DNA of 64,000 nt from Candidatus Eiseniibacteriota bacterium (lineage in GTDB: Bacteria > Eisenbacteria > RBG-16-71-46 > JABDJR01): NCBI GenBank assembly GCA_963762255.1, contig CAVXKA010000003.1, forward strand, positions 640,001-704,000. Direction: 5' to 3'. Positions within the stretch are counted from its first letter, which is position 1, and each line of letters begins with the position of its first letter. The notes under the pieces are model-generated. The model saw only the letters and a list, made by a program, of their open reading frames with translations. It was not told where the DNA came from and searched no databases. Position numbers and translations under genes: made by a program. This document shows positions 9,571 to 17,795 of this stretch, in pieces.

Positions 9571-10311
9571 TCAGCGGTCGCCGTCGTAGAGTTCCTTGAC
9601 CGTGCCCCAGGTGGTCTTCTCCTGGATGCGCTGGGTGCAGGGGAGCCTCCCCTTCACGTCGCTGTCGTCCGAGAAGACCACGTAGCCGAGATTCTCCGGG
9701 GCGACATCGTGTTCCTTGTTCGTGCAGTCGGAGATCTTGCTGGTGGGCAGAGCGGCGGAGTAGGTCCCCTTGAACGGCGCGATCTGGAGTTTGTCTTCGC
9801 TGTAGGCGGTGAGGATGAAGAACCCCGCGATCGCGGTCACCCCGGTGCCGATGCCGGCCGGCTCCTCGCGTTCGCAGTCGCGTTTCAACTCCCACACGAT
9901 GCGGTTACCGTCCCCCGAGGTCCCCGGCCATCCGTCCTGGGGATAGTCCATGTACGCGCAGACCTGCCACGAGTCGATGTCCACCCCGGAGCGCAAGGCG
10001 TCGTCGTAGCGGAGCGAGCACTCGAGACCGAGCACCCCAAGCTGCGCATCCGCGTTGAACACCCCCAGGTAGGCCACGTACTCCACGTAGAACTCGCCCC
10101 GGGTGAGCGCCTCGGAGTCCCCGCACGAGAGCGGGGTGATCTTCGAACAGACGACCCGCCCCCCCTTCTCCTTGAGGTACATCCCGATTGCGGCGTCGCG
10201 GTTGTCCTGGGCGAAAACCCCCAAAGGGGCCAGCGCGAGGGCGAAAAGGGCGAGCGGCAGCGCCGCGACGAGGCGCGGCAGGAGGAATCTTGGGCGGTGA
10301 GGACGGTTCAT
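9571..10311 (-). CDS. Secreted Cys-rich protein with C-terminal TWGxVK motif (divergent paralog)
   Basis: Signal peptide from ATG 10311; GVDIDSWQVCA, WPGTSGDGNRIVW, AIAGFFILTAY; ends EKTTWGTVKELYDGDR. Confidence 0.8.
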   Translation of the reverse strand: MNRPHRPRFLLPRLVAALPLALFALALAPLGVFAQDNRDAAIGMYLKEKGGRVVCSKITPLSCGDSEALTRGEFYVEYVAYLGVFNADAQLGVLGLECSLRYDDALRSGVDIDSWQVCAYMDYPQDGWPGTSGDGNRIVWELKRDCEREEPAGIGTGVTAIAGFFILTAYSEDKLQIAPFKGTYSAALPTSKISDCTNKEHDVAPENLGYVVFSDDSDVKGRLPCTQRIQEKTTWGTVKELYDGDR

Positions 10312-10442
10312 GATCGGCAACCCCGGGTTAGCCACGGATGATGGATCTGTGCTCCTTGAGGGGCGGCGCCCCACGGAGGCTTGTACCCCCCGGCGCGGCG
10401 GGATTCTCCCGGAAGCTCCGGAGCGGCCCACTGTTCGTCATA

Positions 10443-10451
10443 AGTTTAGCA
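10443..10451 (-). promoter_or_regulatory. Extended -10 element TGCTAAACT
   Basis: TGn plus TAAACT upstream of the gene starting at 10311. Confidence 0.45.
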
Positions 10452-10464
10452 GAGGAACCGGGCG

Positions 10465-11196
10465 TCAGTACTGGGTCTTCACCTTGCCCCACGTGGTCTT
10501 CTGGACGGGGATAACCCAGCAGGGGTTGTAGCCCGGGTCCGTACCGAAGCCCACCCTACCCATAAGCCACGATTGGTTGGACCTCAGGTCGTACAGGGTG
10601 GTGGAGGCTTTGCAGTCCGCGACCCCCAGCTCCGGAATCGGCAGGTTCAGGTTCGGGGTGATCGCGAACACGTCCGGGCCGTAGGCGTACAGGTAGAACG
10701 CTCCAGCGACCGCATGGACGCCGTCAGGCCGGATGACGGTGCGCTGGCAGTTGGTGGTCATCACCCAGCAGATCCGGTTGCCGCCGCCGGAGATCGGCCA
10801 CTCGCAGGGAGGCAGGTCGGGCGGGCAGGTCGCGGCGCCGTTGGTGAACTCGAGGTCGGCGCAGAGCGTCCAACCGAACACGTCCACTCCGGAGCCCGTG
10901 GCGTTGTCGTACTGGATGCCGCAGGACATGCCGGCGATCCCGGGCGCCTCGAGGGCCATCGCGAGAACCAGGTACACGTCGGCGTTCACGCCGACGGGCC
11001 AGTGCGTGTTGTAGTACGAACAGGCGATCCTGGCGGCGTTGGGGCTCCACGTGGTGCAGATCGTCGTCGCCTCGGTCGTGTGGGCCTTGGCGTGGAGGGC
11101 GAACGCGCACTCCGGCTGGGTGCCGGCGAAGGTGCTGCCCACCATGAGAAGAGAGACTGCCGCGGTCAGAGCCGCGATCGTTAGCACCCGCTTCAT
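10465..11196 (-). CDS. Secreted Cys-rich TWG-motif protein (tandem copy 2)
   Basis: Signal peptide MKRVLTIAALTAAVSLLMVGSTFA; AAGGAGG RBS; ends PVQKTTWGKVKTQY. Confidence 0.85.
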   Translation of the reverse strand: MKRVLTIAALTAAVSLLMVGSTFAGTQPECAFALHAKAHTTEATTICTTWSPNAARIACSYYNTHWPVGVNADVYLVLAMALEAPGIAGMSCGIQYDNATGSGVDVFGWTLCADLEFTNGAATCPPDLPPCEWPISGGGNRICWVMTTNCQRTVIRPDGVHAVAGAFYLYAYGPDVFAITPNLNLPIPELGVADCKASTTLYDLRSNQSWLMGRVGFGTDPGYNPCWVIPVQKTTWGKVKTQY

Positions 11197-11319
11197 AGAG
11201 GAGACCTCCTTCCGGAGAATCGCGTCGCTCCCGAAGAGACTCTCTTGCCTGCGGGACCAAGCTCCGGAAGAGTCATCAGCCGCCTACCCGGGGAGTCTCT
11301 CCAGACTCAGCGCCTACGC

Positions 11320-11328
11320 ATTATAGCA
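11320..11328 (-). promoter_or_regulatory. Consensus extended -10 TGCTATAAT
   Basis: Perfect TGnTATAAT between the terminator of copy 1 and the start of copy 2. Confidence 0.6.
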
Positions 11329-11355
11329 GGCGGAGCGGGAGACCGCCTCGGAGCC

Positions 11356-11388
11356 AAAAAAGAAGCGGCGGCCCGAAGGCCGCCGCTC
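11356..11388 (-). terminator. Rho-independent terminator
   Basis: AGCGGCGGCC-TTCG-GGCCGCCGCT followed by TCTTTTTT on the minus strand, after gene 11415..12158. Confidence 0.85.
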
Positions 11389-11414
11389 CAAGATCCGAAG
11401 ATCCAGTGCCTGAA

Positions 11415-12158
11415 TTAGTACTGGGTCTTCACCTTGCCCCAGGTGGTCTCCTGGACCGTGATGGGGTCGCAGGGGTTGTAGCCAGGGTAGGTCTCGACGG
11501 GACCGAAGCCCACCGCACCCATACGCCACGTCGCGTCGCCGTTCGTGAGGTCGTACAGGGTGGTGGAGGCTTTGCAGTCCGCGACCGCCAGCTCCGGGAT
11601 CATCAGGTTCAGGTTCGGGGTGATCGCGAAGACGTCCGGACTGTAGGCGTACAGGTAGAACGCTCCGGCAACCGCATGGACGCCGTCCGGAGGGACGTCG
11701 GTCTTCTGGCAGTTGGTGGTCATCACCCAGGTGATCCGGTTTCCGCCGCCGGAGATCGGCCACTCGCAGGGAGGCAGGTCGGGCGGGCAGGTCAGGTTCC
11801 CGTTGGTGAACTCCAGGTCGGCGCAGAGCGTCCAACCGAACACGTCCACACCGGAGCCCCTGGCGTTGTCGTACAGGATGCCGCAGGACATGCCGGCGAG
11901 ACCGGGCGCCACGAGGCCCCGCGCGACGGTCAGGTACACGTCGGTGTTCAAGCCGACGGGCCAGTTCGTGTTGTAGTTCGAACAGGGGATCAGGGTGGCG
12001 TTGGGGCTCCACGTGGTGCAGATAATCGTCGCCTTGGTCGTGTGGGCCTTGGCGTGAAGGGCGAACACGCAATCCGGCTGGGTGCCGGCAAAGGTGCTGC
12101 CCACCATGAGAAGAGAGACTGCCGCGGTCAGAACCGCGATCGTTAGCACGCGCTTCAT
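11415..12158 (-). CDS. Secreted Cys-rich TWG-motif protein (tandem copy 1)
   Basis: Near-identical to 10465..11196; ends TVQETTWGKVKTQY. Confidence 0.85.
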   Translation of the reverse strand: MKRVLTIAVLTAAVSLLMVGSTFAGTQPDCVFALHAKAHTTKATIICTTWSPNATLIPCSNYNTNWPVGLNTDVYLTVARGLVAPGLAGMSCGILYDNARGSGVDVFGWTLCADLEFTNGNLTCPPDLPPCEWPISGGGNRITWVMTTNCQKTDVPPDGVHAVAGAFYLYAYSPDVFAITPNLNLMIPELAVADCKASTTLYDLTNGDATWRMGAVGFGPVETYPGYNPCDPITVQETTWGKVKTQY

Positions 12159-12346
12159 TGAGGAGACCTCCTTAGGGAGAATCGCATCGTTGCTAGAGAG
12201 ACTCTCGTACTGTCGGGACCCTCAGGCTGCTCCCCCGGGAGAGAATCGCCTGAGGCTGGTTTTCCGGGGTTGGGCCCCGCCGGAAGACCGGCGGGGCCTC
12301 GCCCCAGAAAGTTATCGGCCGCAGACCCCGGGTTCTTTTCCGGAGG

Positions 12347-12374
12347 CGGCACCTGCAGATTCTAGCAGGTGCCG
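12347..12374 (-). promoter_or_regulatory. 10-bp inverted repeat overlapping an extended -10 (TGCTAGAAT, 12359-12367)
   Basis: CGGCACCTGC-AGATTCTA-GCAGGTGCCG upstream of copy 1; could also be a 3' hairpin of the upstream gene. Confidence 0.45.
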
Positions 12375-12397
12375 GCCAGGTCGGACAAGGCCCTAAA

Positions 12398-13114
12398 TCA
12401 CGGGCAACCGACGAAACAGGACGCGCCGGCGCCGCTCTTGATGTACACGGTGATGACGCCCGCGTCGCCGAGGTCGATGCTGCCACCGTAGGGGGCGGAC
12501 AGGTCCGAGCACTTGGAGTAGGTGCCGGACTTGATGGCCGGCGCGTGGAACACGGCGTCAGCCAGAGAGACCGACATCCCGCCGGAAGTGCAGACCGGGC
12601 CGATCGGGTTGCCGGGGTTACCGGGATCGTCGTCGGTGGGGAGGTACCCGGAGCCGTTAACCGCGTCCGGGGAGTTCACTTCGCGCTGCGCGAGCACGAT
12701 GTCGTCGGCCTTGATTTCGGAAACGTAGAGGGTTCCGACGAACGCAGGCTCGACCACGCAGCCGCCGCCGGCGATCTGGAAGACCGCGGTGCCGAGGCCG
12801 TCGGCAGCCTTGGCGTAGATGCGGGTCGGGCAGGTCTGGATCGGGATATCAGCCCCGCCGGGGACCGGGTCCGACCAGGCGATCAGAGCGGTGGCGTCTT
12901 CGCTGAACTCGATCGTCACGTAGGCACCGCCGACGCCGCCGAGGGCGCCATTGACCTGAACGGTCACGTTGACCACAGCGCCGCCGCCATCGGGAGCGAC
13001 GGTCACGAAGGTAGGAACGACACTAAGGGTGGCGTCGGGGATGTTGGCCACCGCCGGAACGGCGAGAGCCAGCACTGCCGCAGCCAGAGCGGACACGCGG
13101 AAGAAACGGTTCAT
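12398..13114 (-). CDS. Secreted protein with degenerate dockerin/EF-hand-like C-terminal repeats
   Basis: Signal peptide ...AVPAVA; GGAGG RBS; SPDAVNGSG...VSLAD and SDLSAPYGGSIDLGD loops. Confidence 0.7.
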   Translation of the reverse strand: MNRFFRVSALAAAVLALAVPAVANIPDATLSVVPTFVTVAPDGGGAVVNVTVQVNGALGGVGGAYVTIEFSEDATALIAWSDPVPGGADIPIQTCPTRIYAKAADGLGTAVFQIAGGGCVVEPAFVGTLYVSEIKADDIVLAQREVNSPDAVNGSGYLPTDDDPGNPGNPIGPVCTSGGMSVSLADAVFHAPAIKSGTYSKCSDLSAPYGGSIDLGDAGVITVYIKSGAGASCFVGCP

Positions 13115-13416
13115 GGATGCACCTCCGAGTCTGTTCTTGCGCTGCTGGTCCTGGAAGACCTCTGCAGGCGGTGTGTTTCTGAAGCTGACGTCGATTTGCC
13201 GGTCGGCGCCCGGGCCGTCCCGGGCGCCGAGAAGTCCGGCACGCCGGTCAATCCAGAGCCCCCGAGGCGTACCGCCTGAGGTCTTGCTGACCAGCGGGGA
13301 TCTCCAGGCTGGGAATAGTTTAAGTCTGGGTTATCGAATTGTCAAGAAAACATGAAGTGCGGCGTGAAAATATATGTAACAGCCTGCCAGACAATAAATT
13401 AGCTCATTTTGCCAAG

Positions 13417-13493
13417 TGGTGGGCGAAACAGGATTCGAACCTGTGACTTCTTGCGTGTAAAGCAAGCGCTCTAACCAACTGAGCTATTCGCCC
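13417..13493 (-). tRNA. tRNA-Val(TAC)
   Basis: GGGCGAATAGCTCAGTTGG...CTTGC-TT-TAC-AC-GCAAG...GGTTCGAATCC...TTCGCCCACCA. Confidence 0.97.
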
Positions 13494-13726
13494 GAAGGGG
13501 AACTCTTGCGTCCGGTTGCCAGCCCGTACGGCACAAGGATGCAGTAGCCGAGCACGAGGAGGATGGGAGCGGCGGTGATGGAACCCCGGCTCAGGAGCAC
13601 GAACCCGATCAGGATCGACAGGAGGGCCGCCCCCAGGACAGCGTAGTTGCGCACCCCGAAGCTCAGGTCGGCGGACTCGCGCTCGGTACGACGTACGCTC
13701 TTGGCCGGCCGGGCCTTTGCCTTCAT
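13484..13726 (-). CDS. Small two-TM membrane protein, DUF3098-like
   Basis: LSFGVRNYAVLGAALLSILIGFVLL...ITAAPILLVLGYCILVPYGL; stop codon lies inside tRNA-Val. Confidence 0.7.
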   Translation of the reverse strand: MKAKARPAKSVRRTERESADLSFGVRNYAVLGAALLSILIGFVLLSRGSITAAPILLVLGYCILVPYGLATGRKSSPSGE

Positions 13727-13749
13727 TTGATTCACGCGATGGTTCCTCC

Positions 13750-14754
13750 CTAACGCGACGATGCGTCCTGCCGCAGCAAACGCGCGAGACGCCGGTTGCG
13801 TTGGTGCCCTTCGAAATCGGGCGCGAAGAGATGCGTCCCGTCTCCGCGGGCCACGAAATAGAGATCGCGGCACGCGTCGTCCGGCCACAGCACCGCCCGC
13901 AACGACTCCAGACCGGGGTTTCCGATCGGGCCGGGCGGCAGCCCGCCGATGCGGTACGTATTATAGGGCGACGGATGGGCCAGGTCCTCCAACAGAGTTC
14001 TTGGCCGCCGTTCTCCGATGGCGTAGATCACGGTGGGATCGGCCTGAAGGGGAAGCCCTCCTCGCAGGCGGTTCAAGTAGACCGCGGCGATTCGCGGGCG
14101 CTCCGCCGCCACACGAGCCTCCGCCTCCACGATCGAAGCCAGGGTCACGGTGTCGTTGAGCGAGAGTCCGCGCTCGTGGGCGCGCTCGGCGAGACCGCCG
14201 TCCCAGTGCCGGAAGAACTCCACGATCATCGTGCGCACCGCGGCACGCGCGGCGCTCCCCGGAATCAGGCGGTAGGTGTCGGGGAAGAGATATCCCTCCG
14301 CGCTCGTCCCCGGCACTCCCAACGCGCGCAGGAAGAGCATGTCGTGCGCCGCGGCAAGAAACGAATCTGCGCCCCCGGCCACCCAGGGCCCCAGGACCTG
14401 CGCGACCTCCGCCGTCCAGAGCCCCTCGGGTACCGTCACCGACGTGTCCTGCACGTCGCCGCGGGCGAGTCGCTGGAGGATCGTCCACGCCCATTCGTCC
14501 GACGTGGCGCGATAGGGGCCGGCCTTGAGCGAGGTGGATCGGCCGCTCACCACCGCAAGGAACATGAACGCTCTGCGCTCGCGAATGACACCGAGCCCCT
14601 GCAGGGATCCCGCGATCTCGTCGAGCCCCTCCCCCGGCATGACCACGAAGCTCACCGCGTAGGGCGACTGGGTGCGGACCGGCGCGACGAGCGCGACCAG
14701 GAACGCGAGGGCGCCGGCGGCGACGACGGCGAGCGCGATGCGAAGCCTACGCAC
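13750..14754 (-). CDS. mltG: Endolytic transglycosylase MltG (YceG)
   Basis: VTVPEG, EGYLFPDTY, LASIVEAEA, VYLNRL..G.PLQADPTV, SPYNTY..GLPPGPI.NPG, LYFVA. Confidence 0.95.
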   Translation of the reverse strand: MRRLRIALAVVAAGALAFLVALVAPVRTQSPYAVSFVVMPGEGLDEIAGSLQGLGVIRERRAFMFLAVVSGRSTSLKAGPYRATSDEWAWTILQRLARGDVQDTSVTVPEGLWTAEVAQVLGPWVAGGADSFLAAAHDMLFLRALGVPGTSAEGYLFPDTYRLIPGSAARAAVRTMIVEFFRHWDGGLAERAHERGLSLNDTVTLASIVEAEARVAAERPRIAAVYLNRLRGGLPLQADPTVIYAIGERRPRTLLEDLAHPSPYNTYRIGGLPPGPIGNPGLESLRAVLWPDDACRDLYFVARGDGTHLFAPDFEGHQRNRRLARLLRQDASSR

Positions 14755-15169
14755 GACCGCTCCGTCCGGCTTCCATGAGGAACTCCTGGAGGAGGAGCAG
14801 CGCCGCCACCTGGTCCACGCGCCCGCTGACGGGGCGGGTCTCGCCGCGCTCGCGGAGCCAGCGGCGGGCGTCGTCCGAGGTAAGGCGTTCGTCCTGGAAC
14901 CGCACCGCGAGGCCCTGGGACTCGAGCGCGGCCCCCAGCGCGCGCGCGCGCGCGGCGGCGGGGCCCTCGGTGTCGTCCATGTTGAGAGGAAGGCCGATCA
15001 GCACGACCTCCGCCTCTTCGCGTCGCGCGGACCGCTCCACCTGGTCGCGCGCATCACGCGCGCTCTTCACGCTGAGGGTGGGGAGCGGGCGAGCCACAAG
15101 CCCGCTGGGGTCGCTCACCGCGACCCCGACCCGCCTCGTTCCCCAATCCACCGCGAGGATTCGGCTCAC
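14747..15169 (-). CDS. ruvX: YqgF/RuvX RNase H-like nuclease
   Basis: ILAVDWGTRRVGVAVSD, GLPLNMD, DERLTS, VDQVAALLLLQEFL. Confidence 0.93.
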   Translation of the reverse strand: MSRILAVDWGTRRVGVAVSDPSGLVARPLPTLSVKSARDARDQVERSARREEAEVVLIGLPLNMDDTEGPAAARARALGAALESQGLAVRFQDERLTSDDARRWLRERGETRPVSGRVDQVAALLLLQEFLMEAGRSGRA

Positions 15170-15615
15170 CCAACCTCTCCGTCATCCCCGAGCGGTAGGC
15201 TGCGATGCTTGACCAGACGAACGCAGGTGCCGGCGGTGAAGTCGAACATCACCTCATCCATCATCGTGCGCATGATGTAGATGCCGCGGCCGCGGGTGGC
15301 GAGCAGATCCGGGGGAGGCAGCTCGCTGGCCAGGCTGGGATCGAAGCCGTGGCCCTCGTCTTCCACGATGACGATCAGGCTGTCCTTCTGCATCTCGAAA
15401 CTCAGCCGAACCATGCGCGTGCCGTCGGCGTGGTGGCCGTGCTGAATGGCGTTGGTGCAGGCCTCGATGACCGAGATGGCCACCGCGTCCCGGTCGAGGT
15501 CCTCGAACCCCATGAACTCGGTGATCCCGTCGGCGAGTTTGTCCACCACACCGAGCAGTTCCAACCGGCTGGGAATCTCGATTTGGATGAGAGCGTCCGT
15601 GCTGGGTTCCTTCAT
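15166..15615 (-). CDS. Anti-sigma factor / Ser kinase, RsbW-like HATPase
   Basis: EACTNAIQHG, VEDEGHGFD, RGRGIYIMRTMMDEV. Confidence 0.9.
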   Translation of the reverse strand: MKEPSTDALIQIEIPSRLELLGVVDKLADGITEFMGFEDLDRDAVAISVIEACTNAIQHGHHADGTRMVRLSFEMQKDSLIVIVEDEGHGFDPSLASELPPPDLLATRGRGIYIMRTMMDEVMFDFTAGTCVRLVKHRSLPLGDDGEVG

Positions 15616-15618
15616 GGG

Positions 15619-15954
15619 TCAGAAGCTGGCCAGTGCGCGGGTTTCATCTTCGAAGGTGTCGAAGATCGTGTTGAGCTTGGTCACCATGAAGATCTGATCG
15701 ATGCGTTTGTTCACGTGCACGAGCTTGAGCCGGCCGCCGGCGTTCTGCAGCGTGGTGTAGCCGGAGATGAGGATGCCGAGGCCGGTCGAGTTGACCCAGG
15801 ACACGTGCCCCAGGTCCACCAGCAGGTTCTTGCGCTCGGCGGCCAGGAGATCCTTGACATGTTTGCGGAACTCGTCGGCATCGGGGCCGCCCATGAGCTT
15901 CCCATCCAGGCGAAGGATGGTGACGTTGCCGTTGTCCTCGCGCTTGATCTTCAT
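15619..15954 (-). CDS. Anti-sigma factor antagonist (STAS), RsbV-like
   Basis: LLVDLGHVSWVNSTGLGILI, GGRLKL, IFMVTKL. Confidence 0.9.
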   Translation of the reverse strand: MKIKREDNGNVTILRLDGKLMGGPDADEFRKHVKDLLAAERKNLLVDLGHVSWVNSTGLGILISGYTTLQNAGGRLKLVHVNKRIDQIFMVTKLNTIFDTFEDETRALASF

Positions 15955-16946
15955 AGCTCCTCCATGGCGCTGACCGAAAGGGCTGTAAGCGGGAGGCCCA
16001 GCAGCGCCGCCGCCTCCTTCAAGTCTTCCGCGGGTTCGCTCTCGAAGCCGAGGAGCGCCCCCGTCACCGGATGCCGAAAACTCAACGTGGCCGCGTGCAG
16101 CGCCTGTCGCGACAGGACACCGAGCGCGGCGCTCACGCGCGAGCGCGCCTCGGCGGGAACGACCCGACCCCGTCCGGCGCGGCCGCCGTACTCCGGATCC
16201 CCGAACACCGGATGGGCGATGTGTTTCAAGTGAACGCGGATCTGATGCGTGCGCCCCGTCTCCAGCGCCAACGCCAGCGCGCTCACCACCGCATCCGACC
16301 AGAGCAGTCCGTAGCGGGTCGCCGCCTCGCGACCGCCGCGGTCGACCACTCGCATCCGCCGCCGGTCGGCCCGGCTGCGACCCAGAGACGCGCTGATTCT
16401 ACCGCGTTCCGGCTGGGGGCGACCCCAAACGAGCGCCCAGTATCGCCGACCGACCTCTCGGCGGGCCAGCGCCTTCGACAACTTTTCGTGGGCGAGGTCG
16501 GTCTTGGCCACCACCAGGAGCCCGCTCGTCCCCCGGTCGAGCCGGTGGACGATGCCCGGGCGGATCGGCGCGCCGAGGCCGCTGAGAGGGGTTCCGCGGC
16601 CCAGGAGGGCGTTGACGAGGGTGCCTCGGGAGCGCCCCGCCCCCGGATGGACGCTCATCCCGGCCGGCTTGTCCACCACGAGGAGCGCGTCGTCCTCGTA
16701 GACCACGACGAGCGGGATCGTCTCCGGGACCGGGGTGGGCTCGGGCGGAGGCGGCACGGAGACCTCGATCGTCTCCCCCGCCTTCAAGGGATGACCGGCC
16801 TTGGCCGGCGCGCCGTCCACCAGAAGGAGCCCCTGGTCGGCGAGCTTCTTGATCTGGGATCGGGAGAGACCGCTCAGGTGCGCTTCGAGAAACCGATCGA
16901 GACGCTCCCCCGCGTCAGCCGTCGTCGCGCGATGGCGCCACGGCAT
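15951..16946 (-). CDS. rluD: RluD-type 23S rRNA pseudouridine synthase
   Basis: S4 domain RLDRFL..SRSQ; VDKPAGM.VHP, GIVHRLDRGTSG, LETGRTHQIRVH, QALHA. Confidence 0.93.
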   Translation of the reverse strand: MPWRHRATTADAGERLDRFLEAHLSGLSRSQIKKLADQGLLLVDGAPAKAGHPLKAGETIEVSVPPPPEPTPVPETIPLVVVYEDDALLVVDKPAGMSVHPGAGRSRGTLVNALLGRGTPLSGLGAPIRPGIVHRLDRGTSGLLVVAKTDLAHEKLSKALARREVGRRYWALVWGRPQPERGRISASLGRSRADRRRMRVVDRGGREAATRYGLLWSDAVVSALALALETGRTHQIRVHLKHIAHPVFGDPEYGGRAGRGRVVPAEARSRVSAALGVLSRQALHAATLSFRHPVTGALLGFESEPAEDLKEAAALLGLPLTALSVSAMEEL

Positions 16947-17421
16947 GGACCGGCTCCTCGTGTTTGTCGTCCGAGAAGAGCAGCCCGATCGCGAGCCAGA
17001 CCACTCCGATCGACACCGCGGAGTCCGCGGCGTTGAAGACCGGCCAGTAGTGCGGCGGGATGCCGATCTGGATGAAGTCCACGACCTCGCCCAGGCGTAC
17101 GCGGTCGATGAGATTGCCGATCGCGCCGCCCAGAATGAGGCCCAGGGGAATGAGCGTGGAGCGGCGGGTCTGGTGGCGCCAGGCCACCACGATCACGACC
17201 ACGATGGCGACGATCGAGATTCCGATCAGCGGCCAGCGGCTCCCCGGAAAGAGGCCGAAGGCAGCGCCGGGGTTCTGGATGTAGGTGAGGCGGGCGACGT
17301 CGCCGAAGACCCGCCGGACCTCGTGGAGGCTCATGGTGGCGGTGACGATGCGCTTGGTGGCGATGTCCACGACCAGCACCGCGAAGGCGATGATGAAGAA
17401 GGTGAGACGGGAACGGATCAG
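16915..17421 (-). CDS. lspA: Lipoprotein signal peptidase II
   Basis: NPGAAFG, GGAIGNLIDR, VVDFI, WPVFNAADS; start uncertain, possibly CTG in a CTGA overlap at 17421. Confidence 0.9.
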   Translation of the reverse strand: MIRSRLTFFIIAFAVLVVDIATKRIVTATMSLHEVRRVFGDVARLTYIQNPGAAFGLFPGSRWPLIGISIVAIVVVIVVAWRHQTRRSTLIPLGLILGGAIGNLIDRVRLGEVVDFIQIGIPPHYWPVFNAADSAVSIGVVWLAIGLLFSDDKHEEPVHAVAPSRDDG

Positions 17422-17795
17422 CGGACGCCTCGCTTCTCTTGCTCCGACTGGCAGGCGATGCAGAGGCGGGCCTGGGGGAGCGCCATGAGCCGCTCGCGGC
17501 CGACCTTTTCGCCGCAGCTCTCGCACGTGCCGTACTCCTTGCGGTAGATGCGGCGGAGCGCGTTGATGGTGTCGAAGAGGATGGCGCCCTCCGTCGAGGA
17601 ACGCAGGTAGCTCATCTCGCGCTCGAAGGCGTCGGAGCCGAGGTCGGCCATGTGGAACGAATAGGAGGAGAGATCGCCCGATGCCTCCTTGATGTTCTGG
17701 GCCATGGTGGCGTCGAGTCGGCCGATCTCCTCGATCAGGCCCGCCCGCTGTTCGAGAAGTCGCTTCTCAAGAGCCGCCAGGTCCTTCTTGTTCAT
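17418..17795 (-). CDS. TraR/DksA C4 zinc-finger protein
   Basis: HMADLGSD, ALRRI...YGTCESCG...ERLMALPQARLCIAC; ATGA overlap with ileS. Confidence 0.9.
   Translation of the reverse strand: MNKKDLAALEKRLLEQRAGLIEEIGRLDATMAQNIKEASGDLSSYSFHMADLGSDAFEREMSYLRSSTEGAILFDTINALRRIYRKEYGTCESCGEKVGRERLMALPQARLCIACQSEQEKRGVR

Noticed and set aside
10465-12158. Diversity-generating retroelement TR/VR pair
   Set aside because: This is a whole-gene duplication, differences are not restricted to adenines and include indels, and no reverse transcriptase is present.
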